DNA of 64,000 nt from Nitrosopumilus sp. (GTDB lineage: Archaea > Thermoproteota > Nitrososphaeria > Nitrososphaerales > Nitrosopumilaceae). The position numbers and the translations under genes are program-made. Position 1 is the first letter of the stretch. Each line of letters begins with the position of its first letter. The notes under the pieces are model-generated. The model saw only the letters and a list, made by a program, of their open reading frames with translations. It made no database searches and had not been told where the DNA came from. The DNA is taken from the NCBI GenBank assembly GCA_965223425.1, contig OZ245003.1, positions 2,048,001 to 2,112,000 on the forward strand, in the 5' to 3' direction. Below, one piece after another: positions 9,897-19,584 of the stretch.

Positions 9897-11207
9897 GTTC
9901 TCATTCTTATTTTCATAATTTTTTTGTTGCGGCAGCATCATGTAGACACATGCGCCTCCACACATAGTACATGGAACGTTGTTTCCAGGGTGCTGTCCAG
10001 TACGGCTATGAATTTTAGCTGCCTCTTCAGGATCAATAGATAACGCCAACTGTTTTTCCCAATCCAATGTACGCCTAGCTTCAGTCATTTCCATGTCCCA
10101 TTTGATCACTTTGTCACGAATCTTTACAAGATCGCCTGCATGAGCTGCGATTCTATAAGCAATCAATCCTGCCTTTACTTCTTCAGCATTTGGCAAAGCC
10201 AGATGTTCAGATGGGGTAAGATAGCATAAAAGATCAACGCCTTCACTTGCTGAAACTGCAGCGCCTATGGCACTTGCAATATGATCATGTCCAGAAGCAA
10301 TATCAGTTACCAAAGGACCTAAAACATAGTATGGCACATCGCCAATTAGTGATTTTGCCAACCGAACATTTGCTGCAACCTCGTTGAGTGGAACGTGTCC
10401 CGGACCTTCCACCATAACTTGAACATCTTGCTCATGCGCGCGTTTAGTTAACTGGGAAATGTTGATCATCTCTTGAACTTGTAATTCATCATGGGAATCC
10501 AAAATGGAGCCCGGTCTAAGTGCGTCTCCGAGGCTAAATGTGACATCGTATTTTTTGGCAATTTCAACAAGATAGTCATAATGAGTCAAGTATGGGTTTT
10601 CTTTGTCATGCTTTAGCATCCATGCAGCAGTGATTGTTCCTCCCTTACTTACGACTCCGCCATATCTCTGAACTTTGAGAATTCTTTTTGCAATGTCTTT
10701 GGTAATGCCACAATGAATTGTTGTATAATCAACCCCATCTTTTGCATTGTTTTCAAATGCGTTGAGATAGTCATCTTCAGTCAGATTCAAAGGATTTTTA
10801 TGAACTTCAACACCATAGTTGTACGCTTCATAAATTGGAACTGTTCCAAAAGTAATTGGTGCAGCATCTAAGAGGGTTTGCCTTATTTTTTTAACATCCC
10901 CACCATCACTTAGATCCATCATTGTATCGGCATGGTACTTTACGGCAACCTTAGCTTTCTCAATTTCTGCTTCCAAGTCTACATTTAATGTGGAGGTTCC
11001 AATGTTGACATTTACTTTAGTTTTAAGGCCCTTACCAATTCCAACATTGTGAATTTTCTGGGGCCTAGCATTGTTACTTGGAATTATTATAGAGCCATGT
11101 GCAATTTTCGGAATTAACCAATCAAGAGAAACATCCTCATCTTTTGCTACTTGTTTCATTTCATCAGTAGCAACACCGCGTCGTGCAACAGTCATTTGAG
11201 TTGCCAT
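9879..11207 (-). CDS. thiC: phosphomethylpyrimidine synthase
   Basis: KVNVNIGTS, SLGDALRPG, EGPGH, CTMCGGAC; start taken at MATQ. Confidence 0.96.
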   Translation of the reverse strand: MATQMTVARRGVATDEMKQVAKDEDVSLDWLIPKIAHGSIIIPSNNARPQKIHNVGIGKGLKTKVNVNIGTSTLNVDLEAEIEKAKVAVKYHADTMMDLSDGGDVKKIRQTLLDAAPITFGTVPIYEAYNYGVEVHKNPLNLTEDDYLNAFENNAKDGVDYTTIHCGITKDIAKRILKVQRYGGVVSKGGTITAAWMLKHDKENPYLTHYDYLVEIAKKYDVTFSLGDALRPGSILDSHDELQVQEMINISQLTKRAHEQDVQVMVEGPGHVPLNEVAANVRLAKSLIGDVPYYVLGPLVTDIASGHDHIASAIGAAVSASEGVDLLCYLTPSEHLALPNAEEVKAGLIAYRIAAHAGDLVKIRDKVIKWDMEMTEARRTLDWEKQLALSIDPEEAAKIHSRTGQHPGNNVPCTMCGGACVYMMLPQQKNYENKNENLQQVE

Positions 11208-11341
11208 AAAGTAATCTATGTTATTACCTGATTTAAACAATCATGAAAATCACAAAAAATTCTTGATCGCTTGAAAATTTCATAGCGCCGCATTAAGAAA
11301 ATAGATCGATCTTATATGTCAGAATCAGCATATGGATCATT

Positions 11342-11440
11342 ATGAGAGCCATCAGGGAATGCAGACATTGTGGGAGGGAGTTTTACAGCATGAGAGACGA
11401 ATTTTGTTCTTTTGATTGTGTATCCCAAGCATCTTCCTAG
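11342..11440 (+). CDS. 32-aa zinc-finger microprotein (CxxC-x11-CSxxC)
   Basis: MRAIRECRHCGREFYSMRDEFCSFDCVSQASS*, below ORF-track cutoff. Confidence 0.55.
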   Translation: MRAIRECRHCGREFYSMRDEFCSFDCVSQASS

Positions 11441-11666
11441 CATTCTAAATTAACTCAAATCCGGTTCTTTGTGCAAAGGTAATTTTTCTGATTGAATTTG
11501 AGATCCCGTTCAAAATAGGCGTGACTAGCAGTTTAGAGCCGGGAGAATTTGAAACATTTTGTTTAATCTCAGTTACTTGTTGTGTTAATTCAATTTCAGC
11601 TGGAACTAGCAAAATATAATTTCAAAGTTTTTGGTTTTCAGATTTGAGGCTACCTCAGACATTTTG

Positions 11667-11858
11667 TCATCTAGGCGGGCTCCAACTCTCTTCAACATGA
11701 TCATCAGAATTGTTTGAAATAAGATATTGCTTCCCACATTTGAAACATTGCCACAGAAATTTACCATCTTTTTTTGTTTGATATTGCATAGGTAACAAAC
11801 AAGTTGTACATCGTAGTTCTTCAGCAGGGGAGTCATCTACAAGAGGAATTTTAGCCAT
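11667..11858 (-). CDS. small zinc-ribbon protein
   Basis: CTTC...WQCFKCG. Confidence 0.6.
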   Translation of the reverse strand: MAKIPLVDDSPAEELRCTTCLLPMQYQTKKDGKFLWQCFKCGKQYLISNNSDDHVEESWSPPR

Positions 11859-11975
11859 TAAAATAAAATGGGTGTCTAACTATAAAACAGCTATCAGAAA
11901 AATTCACTGCCCATGTGAAAAGGTTTGAGACTTAAAGGAAAAATAGATTAGGACTAACAACAACAACAAAACAGT

Positions 11976-13271
11976 GTGAATTTACTTTCTATTGGTGGTT
12001 CAGATCCTTCATCAGGGGCAGGCATTCAAAGTGATGTCAAAACATTTTCTATGCTTGATGCACATTGCTTAACTGTAATTACTGCAATTACTAGCCAAAA
12101 CACTACAAAGTTTGGTAAGAGTGAGCCAGTCTCACAAAATGCCCTAAAAAACCAACTAGATTCAGTATTGTCAGATTTTAAAATTGATGGAATAAAAATT
12201 GGGATGGTGTATGATTCACAAATCATCAAAACATTACATCATAAATTAAAAAAATTAAAAATTCCCATAGTTGTTGATCCTGTAATAAAATCAACAACAG
12301 GCGGGTCACTAATCAAAAATTCAGCCATCAAAGATTTTCAAAAATTCATCATTCCCCTTGCTGCGGTAATTACGCCAAACAAATTTGAGGCCGAAACTCT
12401 ATCAAAAACCAAAAATAATACAAAAAATTCGCCAAAAAAAATTGCAAAAATAATTCAGAAAATGGGGGCAAAAAACGTAGTAATTACCGGAGTTGATCAA
12501 AAAAATAACCAGATATCAGATTTTGTATTAGAGAAAAACAAAGAATACGTTATTTCCGGAGACAGAGTTCCTAAAACGAACCATGGAAGTGGATGCAACT
12601 ACTCTGCGGCCATACTTTTTGCACTTGTAAAAAAGAAAAACATGCTAGAGTCGATGAAATTTGCAAAACAATTCACTTACAATTCCATAAAAAACGCAAA
12701 AAAGATTGGAAAAGGGGTTGCCATAACAGGTATTCAAGGAGACAGTATCAATTCACACCTATCAGATGCAGTTAACAAATTTGTCGAGATTAAAAATATC
12801 TATAAAAATATTCCAGAATGTCAAACAAATTTTGTAAATTCCAAACAAAAACCAAAATCAATAAAAGACGTTTTAGGTATTTCTGGAAGAATTGTAAAAG
12901 CTGGAAAACAAGTAATGGTTGCAGGCGATTTAAGATATGGAGGCTCAAAACATGTTGCAACAGCATTACTTGCAGTTAATAAAAAATTTCCACAAGTATG
13001 CTCAGCAATAAACCTCAAGTATCAAAATTCCACCATATCAAAAATTAAAAAAACAAAATTAGTTGTTTCGAGTTATGATAGAAGTCAAGAACCCAAAAGT
13101 GTGAAAGGCAAACGTTCCACCATAAAATGGGGAATGAAAAATTCAATTAAAAATTTAAACAAAGCACCTGACATTGTGTTTCACAAAGGAGATTTTGGAA
13201 AGGAGCCCATGATCATAGTTTTCGGCGAGACTCCAAATAGTGTAATCAAAAAAATTTTAAAGATTGTTTGA
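11976..13271 (+). CDS. thiDN: bifunctional HMP/HMP-P kinase - thiamine-phosphate synthase ThiN
   Basis: GSDPSSGAGIQSD, TPNKFEA, HGSGC; C-terminal IPECQTN, GGSKHVA, GKEPM. Confidence 0.92.
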   Translation: MNLLSIGGSDPSSGAGIQSDVKTFSMLDAHCLTVITAITSQNTTKFGKSEPVSQNALKNQLDSVLSDFKIDGIKIGMVYDSQIIKTLHHKLKKLKIPIVVDPVIKSTTGGSLIKNSAIKDFQKFIIPLAAVITPNKFEAETLSKTKNNTKNSPKKIAKIIQKMGAKNVVITGVDQKNNQISDFVLEKNKEYVISGDRVPKTNHGSGCNYSAAILFALVKKKNMLESMKFAKQFTYNSIKNAKKIGKGVAITGIQGDSINSHLSDAVNKFVEIKNIYKNIPECQTNFVNSKQKPKSIKDVLGISGRIVKAGKQVMVAGDLRYGGSKHVATALLAVNKKFPQVCSAINLKYQNSTISKIKKTKLVVSSYDRSQEPKSVKGKRSTIKWGMKNSIKNLNKAPDIVFHKGDFGKEPMIIVFGETPNSVIKKILKIV

Positions 13272-13382
13272 TTCCAGTCACCCAGAACAGCATATGCAGT
13301 TAAACTCATGTAAGCCTTGGGTTCTCCCATACGAAATCACCCCTTATCCTACTGCGGACCATTCTCAGTGTGCTTTGCTGAA

Positions 13383-14457
13383 TCAGGATGTTTCTGATTT
13401 GTCTTGCATCTTCTTATACTTTCTTTGCGTCAACTCATGATTCTGTGTGCGGTATTCCTCCATGTTTGTTAGCATGTGCCAGATTATCTCAAGCATCATC
13501 TGCCTTGCAGCTGCTATTCTTGCCTTTTGTTTTCTTCTTCTCTTTGCGATTCTTGAATAAAATGATTCCATCCTTGGATCAAATCGTATCGTGGTGTTTG
13601 CAGCCTCCACCTGCATTGCGCAGCCATGCAGAACCACGTTTTGTTATTCCGCCGCCTCCTTTTTGCGTCTCTCCGCTGTCCCTGTGCGATGGTGCAAGTC
13701 CCGCATATGAGACGAGTTTCTCTGCTGTTGCAAATCTGTTAATGTCAACTATCTCGGATATTATTGTCAGTGCCGTGACATAGCTTATTCCAGGCATTGT
13801 CATGACTAGTCTTGCCCTTTCATCCTCGTTGCTAATTGCAGCAATCTTTGTCTCAAATGTGTCAATCTGTTTTTGATTCATCTCAATGTTTTCAAGATAT
13901 GCGTCCATTGCCATCCTGTCAACTTCTGTCAGACTGATTTCATGCAGCCATCTGATTCCCTTCTGTGAGAATGTCTTTATTGTCGGTTGGGTGTAGTCGT
14001 ATTTTGCAAGTATTGCATAAATCATGTTTTTGTGTTTTGAGACACTGTGTACGCGATTCAGTCTTGTTCTTACCAGACTGCGCAGGTCCCGATAGTATTT
14101 TTCTGGTACAAATGACTCGTACACCATGTCAGATCTTAGCAGGTCTGCCAACACGTCTGAATCGAGCTTGTCGTTTTTGAGTTTTGCCTGTGCTATTATC
14201 TTGGTCTTTGCAGGGTGTGCAAGAACAGTATCAATGCCGTTATCCTCCAGTGTGTCATGCAGTCTAATCCAGTAGTTGGCAGTTGATTCGCACACTGCTT
14301 GCATGTCTTTGCCGTATGTCTTTTTGACGTGTCTGATAAAACCCGTTATTCCACGTGTGGTGTTCTCAAAGCTTGACTGTTCCAGCTTTTTTCTGGTATC
14401 TTTTTTTACTGTTGCAACGCACCTGTTTTTGTGAACGTCAATTCCTATGCTGATCAT
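13383..14457 (-). pseudogene. IS110 recombinase, frameshifted near 13610
   Basis: GIDVHK, CESTA, KNDKLD, PGIS, YAGLAPS..SG; C-terminus (VEAAN...ARIAAAR) in another frame. Confidence 0.88.
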
Positions 14458-14493
14458 ATTATCACCTCCTTTCTGATCAAATTGCCTGATTCT

Positions 14494-14596
14494 GCGGAAT
14501 GCTCCCATTCACCATCATCTGTGTGGTATTTTGTTTTCCGCTCACTTTGAGTTAGTCTGTGAAACGCCCTTGTACATGGCAGTAACCCTTCAACTC
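14494..14596 (+). ncRNA. candidate bridge RNA of IS110 element 1 (antisense to recombinase)
   Basis: Loop closed by GCGGAA/TTCCGC holds CTCCCA (= target flank 13324-29); loop closed by GAGTT/AACTC holds GTCTGTGAA (GTCTGT = element end 14650-55). Confidence 0.6.
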
Positions 14597-14714
14597 TCAG
14601 GCCCAACAGTAACGATACATCACAGGATATAGAAAAGATTTCGTATAACGTCTGTCAAGTTATCGGGCGTTTAGTCTAAATCTTTTACCTGTAAAGGGTC
14701 GGGACATGGGTTCT

Positions 14715-15367
14715 GTAACAAATTGGGGACATGAATACGGATCTTCTCTGAATTGAAAATTTTCTCTTTCTCCACGTTAACTGTCGGGTGTTTTTGAGGC
14801 TATGATTCCTATTTTGATCAGTTTTGCCTTTAGTTCAGTTGTTGTCATTTTATTTCCCTTCATGGAATTACATGATTGGCATAATAGTTGTTTGGTACGT
14901 GTTCACCTGATTTAGCTCAGTTTTACATATATTTTACAATCTCGGCCACATAGCCAATATTCTTGTTCTTCCAAGTGGTGACACACGAGAATAGATTCCC
15001 CATCCATTCCATGGTATCCACAGATCTCAGCCCGCCACGGATCTTTCTGTGCACTACAATCTCGCGCAATCCGCGCTCGGCGGCATTGTTGGTAGGCGGG
15101 ATGCCGGGGTCTGATACGAACCGGAACATGTCAGGCGCCGCCCTGCTCAGCTTTTTCATGAAACGCTCCAATATGGGATTATCCGAATATTTCATGATCA
15201 GCTGCCTTATCCGCCGCAACAGTCTGCAGCAGAGATCCGTTCTGTTTCCGGCCGCACCGCATCCGTCCCTGTACATTCTTTTTAGCACATCCCGTACGCA
15301 CCTGCATTGCGGGTCGTCATATTTGACGCACAGGTCACGTGCCTCGCGCAGTATGTGCGACCAGCAC
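14715..15367 (-). pseudogene. IS66-family transposase, 3' remnant with probable terminal repeat
   Basis: CWSHILRE...PPTNNAAERGLR...RKI; GTAACAAATT at 14715 resembles the IS66 end at 34597. Confidence 0.8.
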
Positions 15368-15414
15368 TAGCTTGAACACATGATAACCACCTCGTCGTAG
15401 ATGTAGTGATGAAT

Positions 15415-15515
15415 CGACCCCTGTATGCATATGGGCCTTGCGCCCTTGAGCTTGAATGGGGCAGTCCGAGCTGCTGTGTGACTGGGCCTTGCGCCCTGAT
15501 AGGTGTATGCAGCTT
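15415..15515 (-). ncRNA. candidate bridge RNA of IS110 element 2 (antisense to recombinase)
   Basis: Two loops, each with the identical hairpin TGGGCCTTGCGCCCT (15432-46, 15483-97), followed by AGCTTGAA (= left junction 15369-76) and TAGGTGT (= right junction 16772-78). Confidence 0.65.
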
Positions 15516-15553
15516 CCGATCCGTCAAAGATCCGAAAGGAGGTGATAGAAAGG

Positions 15554-16648
15554 ATGAGCAAAGGAACAATCAGCATAGGAATAGACATTGGAAAGAGAAA
15601 ATGTGACGTATGCGTCATGGACTGGAAGGGAAAGGTTTTGCATACTGGCCAGTATCAAAACACCGTCTCAGATGCAGACAGATTCGCAGAACAGACGGCA
15701 CTCAGGTATTCTGCCAGAAGATGTCAGGCAGCATGCGAGACGACGGGCAACATGTGGAACATCACATACGGCGCCTTTGAGAGACATGGAATCGACATAA
15801 AGCTTGCCAACACCTACAAGATGGCAATAATTGCAAAGACGGGAAAGAAGACAGACAAGATTGACGCACAAAAGATAGCAAGCGTATTGAGGATGGATTC
15901 AATACCAGAGTGTTATGTGCCGTCAGCTGACACAAGAGGAGTCCGGGCCATGGTCAGACAGAGGATCAGGACCGTACAGGACAGGACACGCGTGATAAAC
16001 CGCGTCCACAGCCTGCTTGACAGATACGATGTGAAAATCGATGCCTCTGAGATGTATGCCATAAAGGCCGTAGAACAGATGGAGTCTGCAAGCCTGGGAT
16101 CCGTACATGACGAAATAGTACCGAGTCAGTGTGCCCGGCAGATAAGGAGCCTTACCGAGGAGATAAGACACATGGATGAACACCTGGAAAAGGAGGCATC
16201 GCTAAACGAGGATGCAAAACTTCTTGCCAGCATGACTGGCATGGGAATCTACTCTGCACTGCTGCTTGCCGTCAAGATAGCCGACATTGTCAGATTCGAG
16301 ACCCCAAAGAATCTCGTCTCATGGGCAGGCCTGTGTCCGGCGATACGCCAGTCAGGCGACAAAATCTACATGGGCAGAATCAAAAAGCTTGACACCAACA
16401 GTCTGGTCAACTGGGTCATGTGCGAGGCTGCAAACACGGCGGTAATTCATGATACTAGAATGAAGGCAGTTTACGAGTCTTCCAAGAGAAGACATGCAGG
16501 CAAGCATGCACTTGCCATAGTGACTGTCGCCAACAAGATGATAACCATAGCGTGGCACATACTCAAGACCAGGACACCATACGAGTCCCGAAACGAGGGA
16601 CTGTACAAACGCAAGCTTGCCAAGATGGAAAAGGCACGCCAGAGGTGA
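15554..16648 (+). CDS. IS110 recombinase, apparently intact
   Basis: GIDIG, CETTG, KTDKID (DEDD) and RQSG catalytic Ser; AGGAGGTGA upstream. Confidence 0.9.
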   Translation: MSKGTISIGIDIGKRKCDVCVMDWKGKVLHTGQYQNTVSDADRFAEQTALRYSARRCQAACETTGNMWNITYGAFERHGIDIKLANTYKMAIIAKTGKKTDKIDAQKIASVLRMDSIPECYVPSADTRGVRAMVRQRIRTVQDRTRVINRVHSLLDRYDVKIDASEMYAIKAVEQMESASLGSVHDEIVPSQCARQIRSLTEEIRHMDEHLEKEASLNEDAKLLASMTGMGIYSALLLAVKIADIVRFETPKNLVSWAGLCPAIRQSGDKIYMGRIKKLDTNSLVNWVMCEAANTAVIHDTRMKAVYESSKRRHAGKHALAIVTVANKMITIAWHILKTRTPYESRNEGLYKRKLAKMEKARQR

Positions 16649-16774
16649 TTGGTATGTGTCATCCCACCAAATTATCTCTCCAGCGTTAGCTATAAATCTT
16701 GTACCGTACAAGTAGGCACGGATCGGAAATACAACTGGGATGCGTTGCCGCAACACGTCCGGTGGTTAACATAG

Positions 16775-17988
16775 GTGTTGCATAACACGCCTAAAATCTA
16801 CCACGCAGTTTAAACTGACCAACAAACACACATGTTTCTGACCGAAAAAGCTTTAGATCATGACAGCATGCTCAAAGTGTTGACCGACAATGCAAAGTAC
16901 GTCCGGCGGGGTGCAGAGCTGGCAGTACAGTACAACCCTGACTGGAACTGCGAGGTAAGGCAGGCCAACTGCGGCAAGGAGGAGGGGGCACCGTTCCAGT
17001 ATGCAGACACCATGATCATATGACAGCCGCACTGAGAACCGCCCTCGGCGTTCCATTCAGGCAGCTGTCCGGGATGGCAGATAAGATGCTTGAGGGACAC
17101 GACTCGCCGCACCATACCACGCTGTGCAGAAGAATGGAGAAATTTGACATTAGCATTCACGGCAACACCATACACGTTCATGACGCATCCCGGCACGTAA
17201 CCCTGATGGCCGATGCCACCGGACTCAGACAGTGGAACCGCGGAGAATGGATACGCGACAAGTGGAAGGCGGTGGTGTTGCGCAAGGGATATGTCAAGAT
17301 GCACCTGCTGGCAGATGCGGACACCGGCATGATACTTGCTGCAGTAGTCACAGACGACAGAACCGGCGACTCGCCGGTACCGCAGGATCTGCTGGATCAG
17401 GCAGTGGCAGAGCCGTTTGCCAAGGCCGGGAAGGACGATGCGAGAAAGAGGCCAAACATGCTTGCAGACGGAGTCTCTCCGCTTGCCGGTTCGGCAGGCG
17501 GCAAGGAGGAGGAAGAAGAAGAAGAAGTGCCAAGTGCCAGCCTGCTTGCAGACGGCGCATATGCATCCAAGAAAAACATGAATGCGTGCAGGAAGAAGGG
17601 CATCAAGCCGCTTGTGCCACTCAAACCATGCTTTGCTGAGAGCGGCAGGGGCGATGACGGCAAGGAGTGGAACCTGGCCGTGAAAGAGCAGCTTGGGGGC
17701 AGCGCAGACATGCACGTCAAGGGACTGACAGTGGAACAGAAAAAGGAGAACAGAAGATACTGGAAGTCTACTGTAGGGTACGACAAAAGGTGGAGAATAG
17801 AGGTAATCATCTCCGCATTCAAGCGAATGTTCGGAGAGCATCTGTTCTCACGCAAGTGGGAGAGCATGGTAAGAGAGGTAAGGATGAGGATTGCCATGTA
17901 CAACCGGTGGGTGGCAGCAACAATGTAGGGGAGCAGGTGCATGGATCCTGGAATGAACGGGATGTGGTCAGGCCGAGTTATGCAACAC
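16775..17988 (+). mobile_element. IS5-family element (IS903-like) with frameshifted transposase (16832-17023 + 17020-17928)
   Basis: TIR GTGTTGCATAAC/GTTATGCAACAC; DATG, LADGAY, RWRIE..FKRMFG. Confidence 0.85.
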
Positions 17989-18004
17989 ACTACCGGCTAA
18001 CGGA

Positions 18005-19351
18005 TTAGTCTGTCAGTGACGGATCAGACACCCTTCCCATGAACAGGATGGTGCCGCTCTCGTCGTCCTGTATGATAAAGATGAATGGGTGGTCTGCGGT
18101 AAATTTTGGTGGTGGTGGAGGCATCGACTCCATTCCTATTACTATTGTAGTCACGGCTGCAGCCTCTGTCCCCTCTTCGTTTACGTTCACATATGCGTCC
18201 TGAACCGCCTTTGAGACAAACAGGTTTCTTCCAGATACGTCTGCAATGCCTGAGAGGTCTGCTATTTTTTTCTTAAAAGCATCTGTCATTCCAAGGCTTG
18301 TCAAGCTGGGTTCTAGATCATAATGTGTCTTCATCTCAAACTTTGGAATAGACACTATCACCTCAGATTCTGTCATACCTTGCTGCCATTTCTGCAAGAG
18401 TTTGGTCGAAAGCATCTCCTGTAATCGTTTTATGCCGTCCCTCTCAGAGGGCAGTACCACCAGCATGGAGAGTCTGTCGCCCTTGTAGGGCATCTTTAAC
18501 ACCTGCACGCCATCGCCTTCGGCATAGTTGAATGTTCCACGCACGTTCATAAAGTCAGTCCTGATGCTGTTACTGTTTGTCCAAAAATCCGACTCGCGTG
18601 TATCCTCTGCCGGGAACTGCGTCACCCAAGTTCCCTTAAAGTATATGGCATTTGCCAGAACCATCGCAGTAAGGTAACTTACAGCATCAGGTGCTAACAC
18701 CTTCTTTATCTTGCCGTGCGTTTTCTCAGACGCCCATGCGTTTATCTTCCCTACACCATCGCCCAAAAAATTGACGCGTTCGGCTTTGGCAAGGTACGTC
18801 TTGCGTATTATGTCCATGTATGAGTCATACGGAGAAAACCAGTCGGCAATCCAGACGGAGTTTGCAAGCTCCAGTGTGGCGTGCGGATCATCACGGTTCA
18901 AGGACGGCATAATGTGGGCAGTGGCGTTGTGACGCAGGGCCACGTCTGAGTCAAACCCGAAGACCTGCTGAATCTGCTGTGCCGTGTTTTCACGCGCCCC
19001 CTCGTACAGCATGGAGAATGCCACATACATGCTAAGAGGCGAGAAGAAGATGTTGTCATCATCATTGCCTGATACCTGTCCGTAAAAGTCCATGGCAAAG
19101 TCGTTGTTTGCCATGGCTATGCTTTGCGGGATCTCTGAGGGCTCCCCCTGAAGGCTGAAAGATATGTTATTTGGGATGTCAATGAGTGTTGAAACAAGAG
19201 GGGCCATGTATGTCCCAAAGTCAGACACGTAGACCTGTACAATATGGAGAGAAGGAATGATAATCTTAACTAAGAATTCATTATCAAGCATCATCACAAA
19301 AAAGGCCACTATGGCTACAAATATCAGGATTGTAACATATCTTTTCTTCAT
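18005..19351 (-). CDS. serpin with N-terminal membrane anchor/signal
   Basis: NIFFSPLS, NAIYFKGTW, hinge EEGTEAAAVT, FTADHPFIF..ILFMGRV; hydrophobic N-terminus. Confidence 0.95.
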   Translation of the reverse strand: MKKRYVTILIFVAIVAFFVMMLDNEFLVKIIIPSLHIVQVYVSDFGTYMAPLVSTLIDIPNNISFSLQGEPSEIPQSIAMANNDFAMDFYGQVSGNDDDNIFFSPLSMYVAFSMLYEGARENTAQQIQQVFGFDSDVALRHNATAHIMPSLNRDDPHATLELANSVWIADWFSPYDSYMDIIRKTYLAKAERVNFLGDGVGKINAWASEKTHGKIKKVLAPDAVSYLTAMVLANAIYFKGTWVTQFPAEDTRESDFWTNSNSIRTDFMNVRGTFNYAEGDGVQVLKMPYKGDRLSMLVVLPSERDGIKRLQEMLSTKLLQKWQQGMTESEVIVSIPKFEMKTHYDLEPSLTSLGMTDAFKKKIADLSGIADVSGRNLFVSKAVQDAYVNVNEEGTEAAAVTTIVIGMESMPPPPPKFTADHPFIFIIQDDESGTILFMGRVSDPSLTD

Positions 19352-19444
19352 GAGACTTTATGCGTATCCATGTGAATTCTTTATAAACATTCCTTGCAAA
19401 CTGTCACAGTGTTGAATGGCTCACGCTGGGGTTGATCCAAATTC

Positions 19445-19570
19445 CAAAAGATGAGCGGACAAGTATCCATTCGGGATCTTACTCCCAGTGCCATTCTTCA
19501 TCCATTTGTTAGATTGAACCGCAGTTAATTGCCCGAGGTGTAACCTCAACGCATAAAACGCAGACAGACT
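19445..19570 (-). ncRNA. bridge/seek RNA of IS110 element 3
   Basis: Minus strand TTTATGCGT-[GAGGT..ACCTC hairpin]-CAATTA matches target CTTTATGCG-TA-ATTG; second loop ATGGATA is complementary to element end TATCCAT. Confidence 0.75.
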
Positions 19571-19584
19571 CTAACCGTAATAAA

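Larger units (their letters stand above)
13328..14657 (-). mobile_element. IS110-family element 1
   Basis: CA core at 13328-29 and 14656-57; 10-bp subterminal IR ATACGAAATC (13329-38)/GATTTCGTAT (14637-46); excision restores hairpin CTTGGG-TTCT-CCCAAG. Confidence 0.8.
15368..16774 (+). mobile_element. IS110-family element 2
   Basis: TAG core at 15368-70 and 16772-74; subterminal IR ATGATAACCACC (15380-91)/GGTGGTTAACAT (16761-72), 11/12 match. Confidence 0.8.

Noticed and set aside
11208-11340. TPP riboswitch upstream of thiC
   Set aside because: No recognisable TPP aptamer consensus; region is AT-rich
16680-16700. CCAGCGTTAGCT as right end of IS110 element 2 (resembles CCAGCACTAGCT at 15361)
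   Set aside because: The subterminal IR and the guide match both place the end at 16772-74 instead
16858-17990. Long antisense ORFs (327 aa, 197 aa) and similar shadow ORFs over IS and core genes
   Set aside because: They overlap clearly identified genes on the opposite strand and have no motifs of their own
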